Source of the DNA: Octopus vulgaris
Lineage: Eukaryota
Assembly (NCBI GenBank): GCA_951406725.2
Contig: OX597821.1
Location: 64,976,001 to 65,040,000 of the forward strand
DNA length: 64,000 nucleotides
Reading direction: 5' to 3'
In this document: piece after piece, positions 49,650-64,000 of the stretch
Layout of the letters: every line of letters begins with the position of its first letter
Numbering within the stretch: position 1 is the stretch's first letter
Notes under the pieces: model-generated
The model's input: only the letters and a program-made list of their open reading frames with translations
Told to the model about the DNA's origin: nothing
The model's database searches: none
Made by a program: the position numbers and the translations under genes

Positions 49650-52600
49650 AACCCAAGACCGCTTGTCAAGCAATGGTTGGGGACAAGCCTAAACACAAAG
49701 ACTCATACATATACATAATATCTGTCGACCACATTCACTCGAATGTAATTGGTCGGTCTAGTGATAGAGCAGAAAAACCTGCCCAAAGTGCAGCGCAGTG
49801 GCTTTCCGTCTGAAACCACGTGGTTGAAAAGTAAGCTTCTTAATCTCACAGCCATGCCTACATCTTGACGACACCCGAAGCGTTTTGTGTCAACTTGTAT
49901 TCAGCAATCATAGGATTTTCAAATTCCATATTCTTTAAATATTTCATATGCATTGATATTATTTTTAAATATAATTCTAAAATCAACTTAATGTGAAAAA
50001 AATTACATTTTGAAAAACATGTTGTCTTGTAAGATTTATGCAAAACCACTTGTCTGTATAAAAACCTACTTCCTTCAGCCCTAGGACTCATAACACCGGC
50101 AATCCTGTTTCCATTAAGTACAAATAACCAAGATCACAACATTCCCCTTTAATGGAACGCTTTTCCGTTGCAGGGTCCAAGGAAAACAGTTTTGAAGGAC
50201 GACAGCAAGTCGATTACATTAACCCCAGTTCTTGAATGGTACATAATTTATCGATCCCAAAGGAATGAAAGACAAAGTTGACCTAGGCGGGATGTGAACT
50301 CAAAACGTAAAGATCCAGATGAAATACTGCCGTACATTCTATCCGACGTGCTAACGATTCTGACAACTCACTGCCTTACTTTGATACGTATGGAAGTCAA
50401 AATCAATTTTGCTGGAGAGATAATAGTCTCGTTATTAATCTTAATCTTTGTAGTATTTCAATTCCACATAACTATTCATATGCAAGGCAGACAGAACAGT
50501 AACAGTAAAAACACACAGCGAAAATATATTGCCGATGTCTGGGTAAGTTCAATATTAACGGGCTGATGATCTTTCTTTAGTTTGCTCTTCTAAGCAATTT
50601 GAAACATCGAGCTAGAAATCTTCATCAATCAAGCGATTCCAGTATAATCTTTTACGACAGTTGTGGTAACAGCCATTTTTTTTCTATCTTGGATCATTTT
50701 TCTCTTTTTGTAATCTTAAATTTATTCTTGTCTTTCTTATCTATCATTCGTAGAGTCTCTATCATTCGTCTTCGTAATTTAGTATTCTTATCTTGAATCG
50801 TAAGTTTGTATTCTTATCTGCCGCCTCATACTGGACATAAGATAATATTTGTCTTCAGTTTCCTCTCGGGAAGCAAAGTAGACAAATTAACATTAATATG
50901 TCAGATCCTAATCCCAAACCACGGACAGATAGGAGCATATGTATTCAGAAAAGCTTTACCGAGAGAAAGAAAGATAAATAATCACTTAGAAGACAGAAAA
51001 GAAATCCACTCATTTAATCCTAATGATTTCAATAACAGTTGATGGAGTACATCCAGGAGAAATTACCGGGGAAATAATTCAACTTTACATTCAACTATTC
51101 GAATTCTATGGCTTTACACAGTTGTAGATTAAAATTGATTACACTGGAAGGATAAAACCAGTTGCCATGCCGTCACATGGGATCCAAGTTAGAATAAGTG
51201 TAACAAATAATGTACCATTTGAATCTACCAAAGCGAAATCAAAAGCGGAAATTAAGGAAATTTTAATTAAAATTCTTCACCGTATGGGATACGTTTGCCG
51301 TACACTCTTTCAAATGAGTTCGATGAGAAGTCTCAGAGTGCTCACCGATTCGGCAAATTATTTTTCCATAACAATATAATTCTAACGATTAATCGTTAAA
51401 GGTAGTCAGAACATATTTCTATGTCTGCAATATGATTTTGTAGTAAAATCAGATAAGTTTATGATTATTGAGGTATATTTCTCTTCATTATCGGAAATGT
51501 CTTGAAACTGTCGTTTCGGAAATTAATAATGTTCAGCTGAAGTCGGTTAAGAGAATATATATAACGTTTTGAACCGAAGTAGCGAAGAAAATTCTACAAT
51601 AAATTTTGGGTAGACTACGATAAACTCGTGTGTGTGTGTGTGTGAGAGAGAGAGTGAGTGTGTGTATGTGTGTGTGTGTGTCTGTGTGTGTGTTTGTGTG
51701 AGTGTGTGTGTCTTTGATTGAAATTGTTTAATTCCAGCAGAGTGGAACCACTACATATTTTCCGGCGTTTTGTAGTAAGAAACTAAAGTTATTTTTCGCA
51801 TCCAGTAGACTCATAGAGTCCCTTCTCGTGTCATGTAGATTCATAAGGGCTGGTTTTCCGGTATCCATGGCGTATAAGTTCCCCCACTTGGACGGGACTT
51901 GAGCAACGTGAAATCAAGTGTTTTGCTCAAGAACACAACACATAACCTAGTCCAGGAATCGAAACCACATTCTTATGATCCAACACCCAAACCACCAAGC
52001 CACGCGCCTCTTCTGACGTATTGTATTCCGGATGAATTTAACAATTTTTTTCATTTATTTTTACAACTGCAAGATAAACATGATGGCTGATGTTAATAAA
52101 TCGAGGGACCGTGTCAGTTCAGTGGGGCAGCAACTACTGCGCCGTTATTGAATCAACTTTACCGGCCTCAACTTGGGTTGTTACGTACGAACAGACACAA
52201 CAGAGTTTACATACAAACAGATACAGGCTTGTAGTTTAGAAGTATGCTTTGCCAACCTATGGAATCAGGTTCGTTCCCACTGCGAGGCACCTTGGACAAG
52301 TTTCTTGTACTACAGCCCACGAGTGAACAACGCTTTGTAAATGAGTTTCGTGGTCAGAAACGGAGCAAGAGACCATCGTAAATATCTATATCTATATATG
52401 TACGTATGTATGTGTGTATATGCGTGTGTATGTGTGTATGTGTGTGTATATGTGTTTCATTGTGTTGCCCCTTCCAATCACTGGACAACCGGAGTTGGTT
52501 CGTTTACGTCAATGTAACTTAATAGTTTGGCAATAGATATCGATAGAATAAGGAATAAGATACCACACTGCTAAATAATTACTCGGGGTAATTCGTTCGG

Positions 52601-53365
52601 CTAAACCCTTCAAGGTGATGCATCAGCATGGCCGCAAACCAATGACTGAAGCAAGGTAAAAGCTAAAGGATACTGAATGTGCCATACGGCGGTCTCGTCC
52701 GATCCGTCACCGTATGGGTGAGCGAGCAGAATGGGTTCTAGAGTGTAACATGCAAGATATAATACCTGAAGTAACATATTTGTGGACCGCACATACTGTT
52801 TTTCTTGCCTTACATCTATTGCATCACCGATGACAAGGAGTTATACCTAAATAGCAAAAGTTTATTTGGGCATTACTTCCGATCCAAATATTTCATTGAC
52901 ATTTATATGAAACATTCACAGTCCAAACGAGTAAATATGTTCTGATTGTGCGATTCGTTACATTTTTCGTTTTAATTTTCTATTTTGAGATTTGAATCGG
53001 AATATCCATTGACTTTCTTTTCGGTTGTGCTTCTAAATGCATTCAAAAATTTCTAAGAAAGTGTATGTACTCATTATAGAAGCGCCGGCAAATTATTTAA
53101 TTTTGGGTAGCTTCCCAGCAAAAACAAATACGCTTATCATCCTAATAAGAGATTTGTTGTACACAGATGGCTGTAACTTGATAACGCATTCAATCAGAGT
53201 CATGCAGCACCAAAGGCTTGAACTTGATAAATCCTGTATAGCTTTTGGGCAAACAGCAGGCTTAGATAAATCTACTGTTATGTTTTAACCAGCTTCTAAC
53301 TAATATTATGAATATGAGATCTTTCTTTGGAACACAAAACTCAATGTTGTCGGAAACTCTACATA

Positions 53366-53529
53366 TAGGCGTAGGAGTGGGTGTGCGGTGAGTAGCTTGC
53401 TTACGAACCACATGGTTCCAGGTTCAGTCCCACTGCGTGGAACCTTGGGTAAGTGTCTTCTATTATTGCCTCGGACCGACCAAAGCCTTGTGAGTGGATT
53501 TGGTAGCCGGAAACTGAAAGAAGCCCGTC

Positions 53530-53576
<47 letters not shown>

Positions 53577-53810
53577 TGTGTGTGTGTACATGTCTGTGTG
53601 TCTCTGTTGTCCTCTCCAACATCGCTTGACAACTGGTGCTGGTGTATTTACGTCACCGTAACTTAGCTGTTCAGCAAAAGAGACCGATAGAATAAGTACT
53701 AGGCTTACAAAGAATAAGTCCTAGGGTCGATTTGCTCGACTAAAGCGGTGCTCCAGCATGGTCACAGTCATATGACTGAAACAATTAAAAGAATAAAAGA
53801 GAAAAGAGTA
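53366..53810 (+). mobile_element. SINE family A, full-length
   Basis: Match to the family. Confidence 0.85.
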
Positions 53811-53984
53811 TATCTTGGAAGGGTGCTAAATCGTGTTTTTCTTTAGATGAAGAAAGTGCCTTGAAGAATCTTGAAGGGCGAGTTTGGACTAATAGCAGAT
53901 AAACAAAGGTTGCATAGTATATAGGACGCATCTCAAATTACTAGAGCGATTTGCTCAGCGGTGTTTGGGCTCTATACTGAAAAT

Positions 53985-54790
53985 AAAATGGGTTCGCATT
54001 GTACCGGATTCTGAAGTACTTGAGTGTGCTGGTGTGGATTGGCGTTGAAACTGAAATTCGTTGATACAGATTTCGCTGGACTGACCGTCTGATAAGAGAA
54101 TCTAATCAACGCATGTCCAAACAACTGTTATATGGTGAGATAAAAGGGCCAAAGTGGCCTCAATAAACCAAAATTGCGTTTCAAGTATTTAATAACCCTC
54201 AAAACAACTTCAAAATTATTCATGCAATCTGGGAAGGTGATGCAATGGACAAACCAAAATAAAGGAGAAAAATCCGGGAAGGAGATGCGTTGTTTGAAAA
54301 TAGTAAGCAGGAACTTTCACCTTACTTCTTGCCAATAATTCCTCTCTCCTCAACTGATATCTACAGCTGTATGTGCATCTTCCAGTCTGAGTTAGTTAGT
54401 CATGAGTGATTGCACTATTCAAGGCCCCCAACTGACATTTCAGAGACACAGTCGAATGAATTATCAAGTTCTGTTTGCAATAAGATCTGCAGAAGTAAAT
54501 CTGGATTGACAAGGCACATGAAATGTCACCATGATAATTACCAGGAGTCTTTACAGAGAAATCAAGTATTTTCATGTCATTTTGTGGAAGAATTTGTAAA
54601 TCTCTTGCTGGATTAAGGAGTCATTTCTAACCACATAACACACAAATTATCTCTAACCATTTTCTACTAGCTTTAAACTGTAAATATTCAGCTCCATATT
54701 ACCCTTGAGTTTGTGTGGTGTTGGTCTGTAGCTAGTTTGGTGCCTACCATACTCAATTAATACATACATAATGATGATGGCTGCCCCCTC
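53985..54790 (+). pseudogene. RTE-clade LINE 3' remnant with C-terminal C2H2 fingers
   Basis: Decayed RFRW...RMSKQLLYGE (RTE-type RLPKQLLYGEL), then CNKICRSKSGLTRHMKCH and a frameshifted CHFCGRICKSLAGLRSH. Confidence 0.65.
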
Positions 54791-55805
54791 GTTAGCGAGT
54801 ATGGCCATTGCACGAGGCTTAACTGTTAATGGTGCTGTGATCGAACGTGACGTTTTAGCCCAGCTAAAGATCTACAATGTCTTGTACTGAATTGGAAGCT
54901 GTAGTGGTAACTGGGATTCATGTAACTTTACATGTTGTTTAAGTCTTCCCGCCGAATTACACTCCCTTCCACATGCCTGACAGATATGATTAGTATGGTG
55001 TGTAGCAAATGTTTCTTATGGCTGTCTTTAGTTTTGTTTCTAAGATTGTTGATACATTTACCTCTTTGGAGAAGTGATCTCGCAAAGCTATGTCTAAACT
55101 GACCAGCTATCCACCTGGAAAAGTGACAAGGTTTCTCTCAGAAGTAAGAAATTGGAGAAATACCAAGGAATGCAAGTTTACGAAAGCTAACAATGTTATC
55201 TTGTTTGTTTATATATTTCACAATGATTTCTTATTCAACAGACAGAAACGGTTGTTTTTCTTTGTTTTAGTTTTTTTGTTATCCAGCACTGAACATAATT
55301 CAAATCTCATTTCGAGTGATGGACACCTCGGCAAATGGTATCTGTCTCTGCACTTTATTTTTTTTTTTTATAGTACATTAGTGTTTTTATGTATATGGGT
55401 GTGGGTGAAAGTCAATGGATGTGTCTGTATGTGTATCTTTGTGTTTACTGGTATAAATGTATGGTTACAGCGCGTTCAGGAATTCTAGCAGACGACAGTG
55501 CACTTAAAAGTCTACGTGCCGTTTCTTCTGTATGTGTACATGTACGTCTGTACGTGTGTGAGTGAGTGTGTCTGTTTGAGTGAGCGAGTATGTGTGTGTT
55601 TGTGTGTATGTGTGTATGTGTGTGTATGTGTGTGTGTGTGCGTCTGTGTGTGTGTGTGTCACTTATTTAAGTGTAAATAATGTAAATATTGTAAGTAGGA
55701 AAGCAAAAAATAAGAAACGTGTATTTATAATACTAGCTATTTGGTTATACCCAAATTATGCATATTAGAACAACGCTGCAAGTTCACCGGCCATATAGTT
55801 CTTCC

Positions 55806-55860
<55 letters not shown>

Positions 55861-56114
55861 TGTGTGTAGTAGTTGTATATAGAGTGTGTGTATTATATAT
55901 CGAACTATCAACATTTGTGGTAAAATTTTGAACGAAATAATAGGTAGTTAAATGGAAAATAAGATGTAATACAGCGAAATACAGACTGAGCAATAAGCGA
56001 ATAATTGCAATATCATAACAGATACGTCTAAGCTTTCGTTTGTTGTCCTCGTAATATTTATAACATGAAATTGATATAATCTTACACTAGGAAAATACAT
56101 ACATACATACATAT

Positions 56115-56174
<60 letters not shown>

Positions 56175-57937
56175 GTGAGCGTGTGTATGTGTGTGTGTGT
56201 GTTACTGTGTCTGTGTGTCTGTGTTTTGGTGTGTATGTATATAAGTACATCAATGTATGATTAAGCATTGAATGTATGTAGATGTAATTGCAGTGAAGTC
56301 AAGCATACTCTTACCAATATGCCACTTTTAACTCCCAGCGAAATACCACCGTTTGGAGAAGAGATCTGTTAGAATATAACTTAATAAATAGCTTAACATA
56401 TTAAACGACATCCAATATATAACCGCCAGTTATTCTTCAGGTATATATATATGAACTGTTGTATCTTCTAAACTAACTAAAGTACATATGTTCAATCATC
56501 TGCTAAGTATTTTGGAGTAGTTATTGTCGCTGGTCTGGCACAGTATTCGATATTCTATTGATGGTTGTCGTCCATTAACTGTTTGTGGGTCCGTTTTATG
56601 TGCCAGCTATCAACCTTTTGTTATATGCTGTTATCTTGGTGATATTCTTTTAGTAACTGATGAAAATGCGAGTTCGCAAGCCCTATTACATTCCTCTAGG
56701 ATCTCAAACGGTAGGCTGTCAAACTGAATGCCTTCTTCAGCTGACCGGACTGACGCTCAGATTTGCTTCTAATTTCTGGGCAATTCACTCGGATGTGTGA
56801 CGTGACTGTAGAACTGAGCGGTATCCTACAATTCTGAAGCAGGTCTTGGTGCTGACTACATTTCATCCTGTATGAGACAAGAAGCTGTGTGGCCGATCAT
56901 TAGGATGGTGTCCATCTCTGAAATGATGTGTTGGCCAATGGGCAAGTAATGGTGAGAAATCTTATAATACAAAAAGGCTGAATTAGCGTGAATGACCAAG
57001 AAAAGGATCGATTGAATATCAGTGTCCTGTCGAAGATATACAACAGAATAACACTGCTCTTCAAGATGCTCTAGAGTCTAAACAGCGCCATGTGACAGAA
57101 AACATGCAAGAAAGCTGACATCATTCGCGCAATCACGCGAAATTATTCATACGTGTGTGAAGAGAGAAAATTTACATTTTGGAAAACTGAGAAGAGAGTG
57201 TTTTTAGTGGGAATATATTATTGGCATGAAGTTAGCAATTTAGATAAACAGAAAATTGTTGCAGAGAATATAAATACTATTTGAATTCAGATGTATCAGT
57301 AGAGTGTGTGCAATATTAAACAAGAAATATAAAACCAGCTTTTCTTATAAGCAGTTATAATAATGCTTATCTTTCTGGATTATTTTTTTTCCGGTTTTGC
57401 TAACTCAGGGCTTTCAAATCTGAGGCGATTCCGTAACATTTTGTTATTAGTAAATGTACACCGACATGTTTATTCATTTGTGTATTTTTCTTTCATTTTC
57501 GTTCCCTGACTCTGTTGAATACAAGTGAATGATTGTGCCTCATACTGTGCAAAGCATACTCATATCATATGAATTCTCAGAAAACAACCATCCGTCTTCA
57601 GAATTCGAAGAACTGCGCTAAAATATGGTTGCTCTCGTCTTAACAGTTCTAGATATATCCAGCTCAAGTTGACCTGTGATCAAATCTCTATTTTCCCAAG
57701 GACGTCACCTTACTGTTTGTGTGGTAGACCGAACGACTATGCAGAACAGTGTTTCTCAACCAATTTTTACCTGTGGATTCCTTTGATTTTTATTTTGCTC
57801 TATGGGGCCCCCGCGCAACCCTTTGATACTATGGAGCTGTGTAAACAAATTGTTGAAATTTCTTGTATATCGTAGAAAAGTTAACTCCAAGAACTGCTAA
57901 AATTGAACTATATACACTTGACTATGTTTATTGGCGT

Positions 57938-58007
57938 TAGACACCTTGTACTAGACACCTTGTACTAGACACCTTGTACTAGACACCTTGTACTAGACAC
58001 CTTGTAC
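57938..58007. repeat. 14-bp tandem repeat (TAGACACCTTGTAC) x5
   Basis: Five identical units. Confidence 0.95.
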
Positions 58008-58118
58008 TTAATAAGTGTGCGAATCTGAGAGGAGGATATGTTGAATAAAATCGTAATTAATTGCCCCTCCTGTATTCTGTTTACCCAAAGCCAGGAAGTT
58101 TTCAGTATCCCCTCGTAA
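58005..58118 (+). mobile_element. Mariner right-end fragment
   Basis: NKCANLRGGYVE* (mariner-type C-terminus) followed by TIR-like ...TTTTCAGTATCCCCTCGTA. Confidence 0.55.
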
Positions 58119-58701
58119 CTTACTGCAACGTTCAAAGCTAATATATTCTTTTCCACTGTAGATGCAAGACCCGAAATTTTGGGGAAGTGGGGAGTGCCAG
58201 TCGATTAGATCGTCCCCGGAACGCAACGGGTACTTAATTCATCGAGCCCGAAAGGATGAAAGGCAAAGTCGACCTCGGTGGAATTTGAACTCAGAACGTA
58301 AAGAGAGACGTCTAAGCTAATATATTGACAGCATCGAAGACACAACCACCAGCTGAAAAGTTATTTTTCAGGTATAACTTTGTATTATTATAGCTCCCAA
58401 CCTGGGCACCAGAGCCTGTTTTTGGTTTTACACATGCGAAGTTTCTTGAAGTATCTGTTTTTATACCTTTATCATTTTCTTGTTTCAGTCATCAGATTTA
58501 TGGCCATGCTGGGCTACCGCCTGAAGGAATTTTAGTCGAACCGATCAACACCAATAATTAATGTTTAGAACCTGGTATTTAAACTAACGGTCGCTTTAGC
58601 CGAACTGCTAAGTATAGGGGGTCAAAGACACACCAACAAGGGTTGTCAAACGGTGGGGGAAGAGCTACACAAACGAAAAGAAATACAAGCACTCATTTAT
58701 A

Positions 58702-58799
<98 letters not shown>

Positions 58800-59034
58800 T
58801 ATCTGTGTGTGTACTTCAGAAATATAACCACATGTGCGCCGCTGGCAATTTTTATTCTTCTTTAGACTTTTCCCTTTCGCGTTTCCGATGAAGAGACATG
58901 CTCGAAACGTTAAAATCGCTCTCCTTTCACCCAGCGTCAAACTAACATTTTTGGGCACGTCCTCACGTTTTTTTCTCGTTTCTATTTTCCATCTTTATTC
59001 GATTTTGGAATTGTTTGTTCATTGATTTGATTAT

Positions 59035-59345
59035 ATCACAAGATCACAACATATAGGTACACTGCGACACAATCTCTTTTCCTCAAAAGGCCCTGCCCTG
59101 TTCAACATTGTCCCAAAACTGATTAAAGATGAAAAGGATCCCATCACCTTTAAACGGAGTCTGCACAGATTTCTTCAAGGAATACCTGATAAGCCACCCA
59201 TACCTGAATACAACTCACTCAACAAGAACTCACTACTGGAACGGACCATAAACAAAACTTGACTTCAAAAGGATTAAGATAATCCTATCAGGTGGTGCTA
59301 TTAAGTTAGACATGGCGTGGACCAATCTTTGGTCGAAACATATTT
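59035..59345 (+). mobile_element. CR1/L2-group LINE 3' fragment
   Basis: TLRHNLFSSKGPALFNIVPKLIK...FKRSLHRFLQGIPDKP resembles CR1-group ORF2 C-termini; short 3' UTR ends at (TA)n. Confidence 0.6.
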
Positions 59346-59348
59346 AAG

Positions 59349-59421
<73 letters not shown>

Positions 59422-60121
59422 CGTATTTACGACAGGTTGCTTTCAGTTTCTGTTAACCAAGTTCACTCGCAAGTTATTAGTCAGCCCGAAACTGTATTGG
59501 GAGCCACTTGCCCAAGGTGCCAAGCCGTGGAACTGAACCCAAGACAATGTGGTTGAGAAGCAAACTTTTTACCGCCATCACCTAATTAGTTTTACTGGCT
59601 AACTCAGAATTCGGTATTTTATCTGTTGGCCTTAATTAAGAATGTGTTGGTTAAAGGAATTTCTCAGTTTTACCAGAAATTCATAAGAGAAAACACGAAA
59701 AGTTGAGCACGAGGAAACCTAATTTTTAGTGGTTGGTAAACAGCCATTTAAAGTTTCATATATTTCTTCGTTTTTTCCAAGCTGATCACGATTTACTGAA
59801 TTCTTCGTTAGTTTAATTTGTGCCAGAACAACTAAAAGAGAAACACACACACACACGTGCGCGCGCGCGCACGCATGTACTCACATCATGCACACATATA
59901 GACACACACACTTACGCATACATATATACACGCATACACACATACGCAAGCATGTACAAACGCACCGCATGTCCCCAAGACAATAGGAACATAAGCAATC
60001 AAAGCACACACACACACTTTCGCCCGTGGTCTCTCTTTCTCACACACACAAACACATACACACACACATAGATGCTCTCATACACACATAGAGCACTGAT
60101 TCAATATATAAAAATATCTCC

Positions 60122-60153
<32 letters not shown>

Positions 60154-60227
60154 TTGTGTCTGTGTGTGGATATGTGTATGTGTGTGTTCGTGGTTGTGTA
60201 TGCATATATAAGTGTGTCTCTGTGTAT

Positions 60228-60258
<31 letters not shown>

Positions 60259-60271
60259 ATGTCTGTATGAA

Positions 60272-60317
<46 letters not shown>

Positions 60318-60562
60318 CATACACACATATCTTCATATATACACATGCACATTTCGATGTGTCCGTATGGGTCTGTACGTGTAGGTGTGGTTTGGTTTGT
60401 CTGTTTTAACAAGTATATTTATGGAATCTTTTATGGTGCGAACAACACAAGCGCATCTCAATATAAACATAATAAAACATAATACTTCTATCGAAATATT
60501 TAAGGTAACGTTTGAAACTTTACTCACACAGATACACTCCATATTCACACACACACACACAG

Positions 60563-60603
<41 letters not shown>

Positions 60604-60666
60604 GTGTGTGTGTGTGTGTGTGTAAATATGTAAATATATATATGCATATACATATGCTTGAGTATG

Positions 60667-60708
<42 letters not shown>

Positions 60709-60869
60709 TGCATACATCTGTGCCTCAATGTGTGTGTGTGTGTCGACATGTTTTATGTATTTCTGTTTTCTACTAAGATGTCCCTCTAAGCAATCTGGAG
60801 CTAATTGTCTACATTTCTTCAATGTCCAATTAGTTGACAATCTTTCTTTGAAAGGAATCTTGTAAGTAA

Positions 60870-61260
60870 CTACCATCAGACATCACCATCAATATCGCAA
60901 CTACCACCATCACCACCAGAACCACCAGCATCATCACTACCAACCAAAATATATATTAATATCAAATATAATCGCCAGCATAACAATCGTCAATTCCAAT
61001 ACCACCATGACCACCACCACAGTTACAATTGTGCTTACATCCTAAATACTACCACTGCTATCTACACCATACCTACAATTGCTACCATTATAGTAACCAT
61101 TATAATATTATTACCATTAACATCAGTATCACTATCAACACCGCCGCTTTACCAACAACATACTAGTACAAATGATAGCTACCATCACCCTGCCATTGCG
61201 CCACTGTTATCAGTGCCGCAATCAGGACGACAACCACCTGACGAATACGACCACTGTATC
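60870..61260. repeat. Degenerate (ACC/ACT/ATC)n low-complexity tract
   Basis: Cryptic trinucleotide periodicity; no open frame. Confidence 0.7.
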
Positions 61261-64000
61261 ATTATAAATGATGGGTTTATCTGCTAGAAATGTTAGCCAA
61301 ATCCCCCACACATAGTCTTTAATTCGTTTTAGAATTTAGTTATCGTTGGTTATTGTACAAGATCCGGGAATCTAGTTGTGTTGTTGTTGCTTACTCTTAA
61401 GTCAACCTTAATTAAGCAAATTAATGGTGAAAACATTTCAGCTATAACCCTACCATCTTTTGCGGGGAAACACGATGTAATTCGCATCGTATTATTAAAA
61501 GTGTGTATAAAGAGACAATCTGGCAGAATCGTTAGCGTGCCGGACGAAATGCTTGACGGCATTCCGTCCGCCTTTACGTTCTGAATTCAAATTCCACCGA
61601 CGTCCACTTTGCCTTTCAACCTTCCGAGGGTCGATAAAATAAGTACCAGTTGGTGTAATCGAATTATCCCGACCTCAAGGCGGCGAGCCGGCAGAATCGT
61701 TAACACGCTGGACGAAATGCTTAGCGCTATTTCGCCTGTGGCTACGTTCTCAGTTCATATCCTGTCGAGGTCGACTTTGCCTTTCATCCTTTCGGGTTCG
61801 ATAAAATAAGTACCAGCTAAGTACTGAGGTCAATCTAATCGACTGCCCCCCTTCCCCTCAAATTTCAGCCTTTGTGCCTACAGTAGAAAAGATTATTAAA
61901 ATTGTGTATAAAGCGACAAACTGGCTGAATCGTTAGCGCAGAGGGTATCATGCTTAGCTGCATTTCGGCCATTTTTGCGTTCTGAGTTCAAATTCTGTTG
62001 AGTTCTACTTCGTCTTTCATCTTTTTGGGGTTCATAAAATAACTAACAGTTGTGCACTGAATCGAGTCGTTGACTAAAATTCTTCAAGGTGGTGCTGTAG
62101 CATGATCGCTGTTAAATGAATGAAATGAGTAAAAGATGAAAAATAAAGCAGTGTTGTCGTTCTAGATCAGCTCTAGAAGTCCTACAATCAAAACATTAAC
62201 ACCGTAAACATCCTGTATCTATAATTATCAGGGTCTACCATTATTCAATGGTTCTTTAAGGCAGCGAGCTGGCAGAATCGTTAGCACGCCGGGCTAAATA
62301 CTAAGCGGTATTTCTTCTGCCGCTTCGTTCTGAATTCTAATTCCACCGAGGTCGACTTTGCATTTCATCCTTTCAGGGTCGATAAATTAAGTACCAGTGA
62401 AACACTGAGGGCGATGTAATCGACTAATCCCTTCCCGGAAAAGTTCAGACTTTGTGTCCATTGTAGACAGGATTACTCAATGTGTTTTGCAGAATTAAAA
62501 GCCAGTTTATATCTCCATCTCTTATAGTAGACAATCTTCTACCCTACGCACTCCTCTCTGCTCAGTAGTTACTCTCCAACACATGGCTCTCTGCAATCTT
62601 CTCCCTGCCCACGTCTTTCTCACAGGTATCGACTTTCTCCTGTCTATTCTCGCCATGAACTCTATCTCTTCCTCCTGACCCACTAAGTTAAAAACAATAA
62701 ATGTAACCTGAATGAGATTTTCGTTGCTTTTTCCAACAAACACCTCCACGCATGAGGACATCTTGCTGTTTATTTGCTGTATTACATACTTGACTGGTGT
62801 CATCGTCATCGTTGTTCCCATTGCTTTTATATTTTTCCTTTATTTGTTTCAGTTATTAGACTGTGGCCAAGCTGGGGCACCGCCTTGAAAAAAATTTGAG
62901 TCGAACGAATCGGTCCCTCTTCTTTTATTTTTTTTAATTCTCGCACTTATTCTATCTGTGTCTTTTTGCCGAACCACTAAGTTACATAGACGTAAACACA
63001 CCAACACCGGTTGTTAAGCGATGGAAGGGACTGGGACTCAAAGATATACAGACACATGCACACACACACACACATACACATATAAAGGTTTTGGTTGGGT
63101 CGAGGCAATAGTAGAAGACACTTGCCCACGGTGCAATGGAGTGAGACTGAACCTGCAACCATGTGGTTCTGAAACAAACTTCTTACCAGACATCCATGCC
63201 TATGTCTACTGTTGTTATCTTTTATTAAGAGCGCAGAGAGAAGTGGGAGGGAGACATCCTCAAATCGGTGACCCTTCTTGGATACTTACAACAGCTAATA
63301 GTATCCAAGGAGATACTATCTCTTATACCAGATGACATATAAAGTCATCACCTAAGTAACTTAGTTATGTTTCAACTCAGGACGCGAAGAGCCGCATGAA
63401 ATAGTGCAAGAGATTTCCCAGCGGAGGCTCTCACATTTCAGCCAGTCCATCGTTCTACAGTGGTACTTTATCTATCAACTCCTCACCATCACCACCAGAA
63501 GAATGAAAAGAGAAGCTGAACTCAGAGGCGGAGGTGGGGATTTGACTCAGAAAGCAAGAAGCTGGAGTATGTTGTTTGTTTGTTTGTTTGTTTGTTTGTT
63601 CCTTCTCGAGCCATGCATGGCTTATAAAGGCCGGTTTCCCGGTTTCATTGGCGTAAAGATTCCCCACCGGAAAGGGACGTCGGTCTGTCACAGGTGAGCT
63701 GCTAGATGCAAGAGGAAAGAGTGAGAGAAAGTTGTGGCGAAATAGTCAGCAGAAGTTCGCCATTACCTGCTGCTTGGAACCGCATGAAGCTTAGGTGTTT
63801 CGGTCATAAACACACACATCACCCGGTTTGAGATTCGAACCCGCGATCCCTCGACCGCGAGTCTTCTGCTGTAACCACCAGGCCATGTGTCTCCACCGGA
63901 GTATATTACAGCATGATATTTCATCCTGTTCTCTCATGTCTCCCTCAAATCGTAGTCACGTTAGTCAGCGTTGTTGCTGCTGTCACGCTACTATGTGTTT

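Noticed and set aside
50566-51380. Unique-looking stretch with short ORFs (also 32266-32570 and 56500-57000)
   Set aside because: No recognisable motif or convincing splice-bounded frame; cannot be supported as exon or TE without a search.
54410-54630. C2H2 zinc-finger gene exon
   Set aside because: Directly downstream of decayed RTE-type ORF2 motifs and frameshifted; best explained as the LINE C-terminus.
57938-58007. Five identical 14-bp repeats as a possible CRISPR or binding-site array
   Set aside because: No spacers; simple slippage duplication at the edge of a mariner fragment.

Overview
AT-rich, repeat-dominated eukaryotic (animal) DNA. The dense (TA)n/(CA)n/(AAT)n microsatellites and tRNA-derived SINE families look like a coleoid cephalopod (Octopus-type) genome; this is inference from repeat content only. 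No host protein-coding exon can be supported, and almost all short ORFs in the track are translations of microsatellites or SINEs. The standout region is 6686-11777: three head-to-tail ~1.7-kb retroelement-like units, each encoding only a gag/ORF1-type protein (RRM-like core plus one CCHC knuckle), with no RT, LTR, poly(A) or TSD. The array sits inside a non-autonomous Helitron whose uninterrupted copy lies at 35261-36295. The units share a CpG-rich 5' leader, a G-U-containing stem-loop at the stop codon, and a 3' tail also carried by a self-nesting SINE subfamily, suggesting a LINE-dependent ORF1-only system. Also present: a decayed Tx1/L1-clade ORF2 (22.6-24.8 kb), four R4/Dong-like REL-LINE 3' fragments all at (TAA)n tracts, a Tc1/mariner nested in a mariner inside a second Helitron, RTE- and CR1-like 3' fragments, a DINE-like element, a 16-bp minisatellite and several fold-back inverted repeats. 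Coordinates and counts were read by eye.
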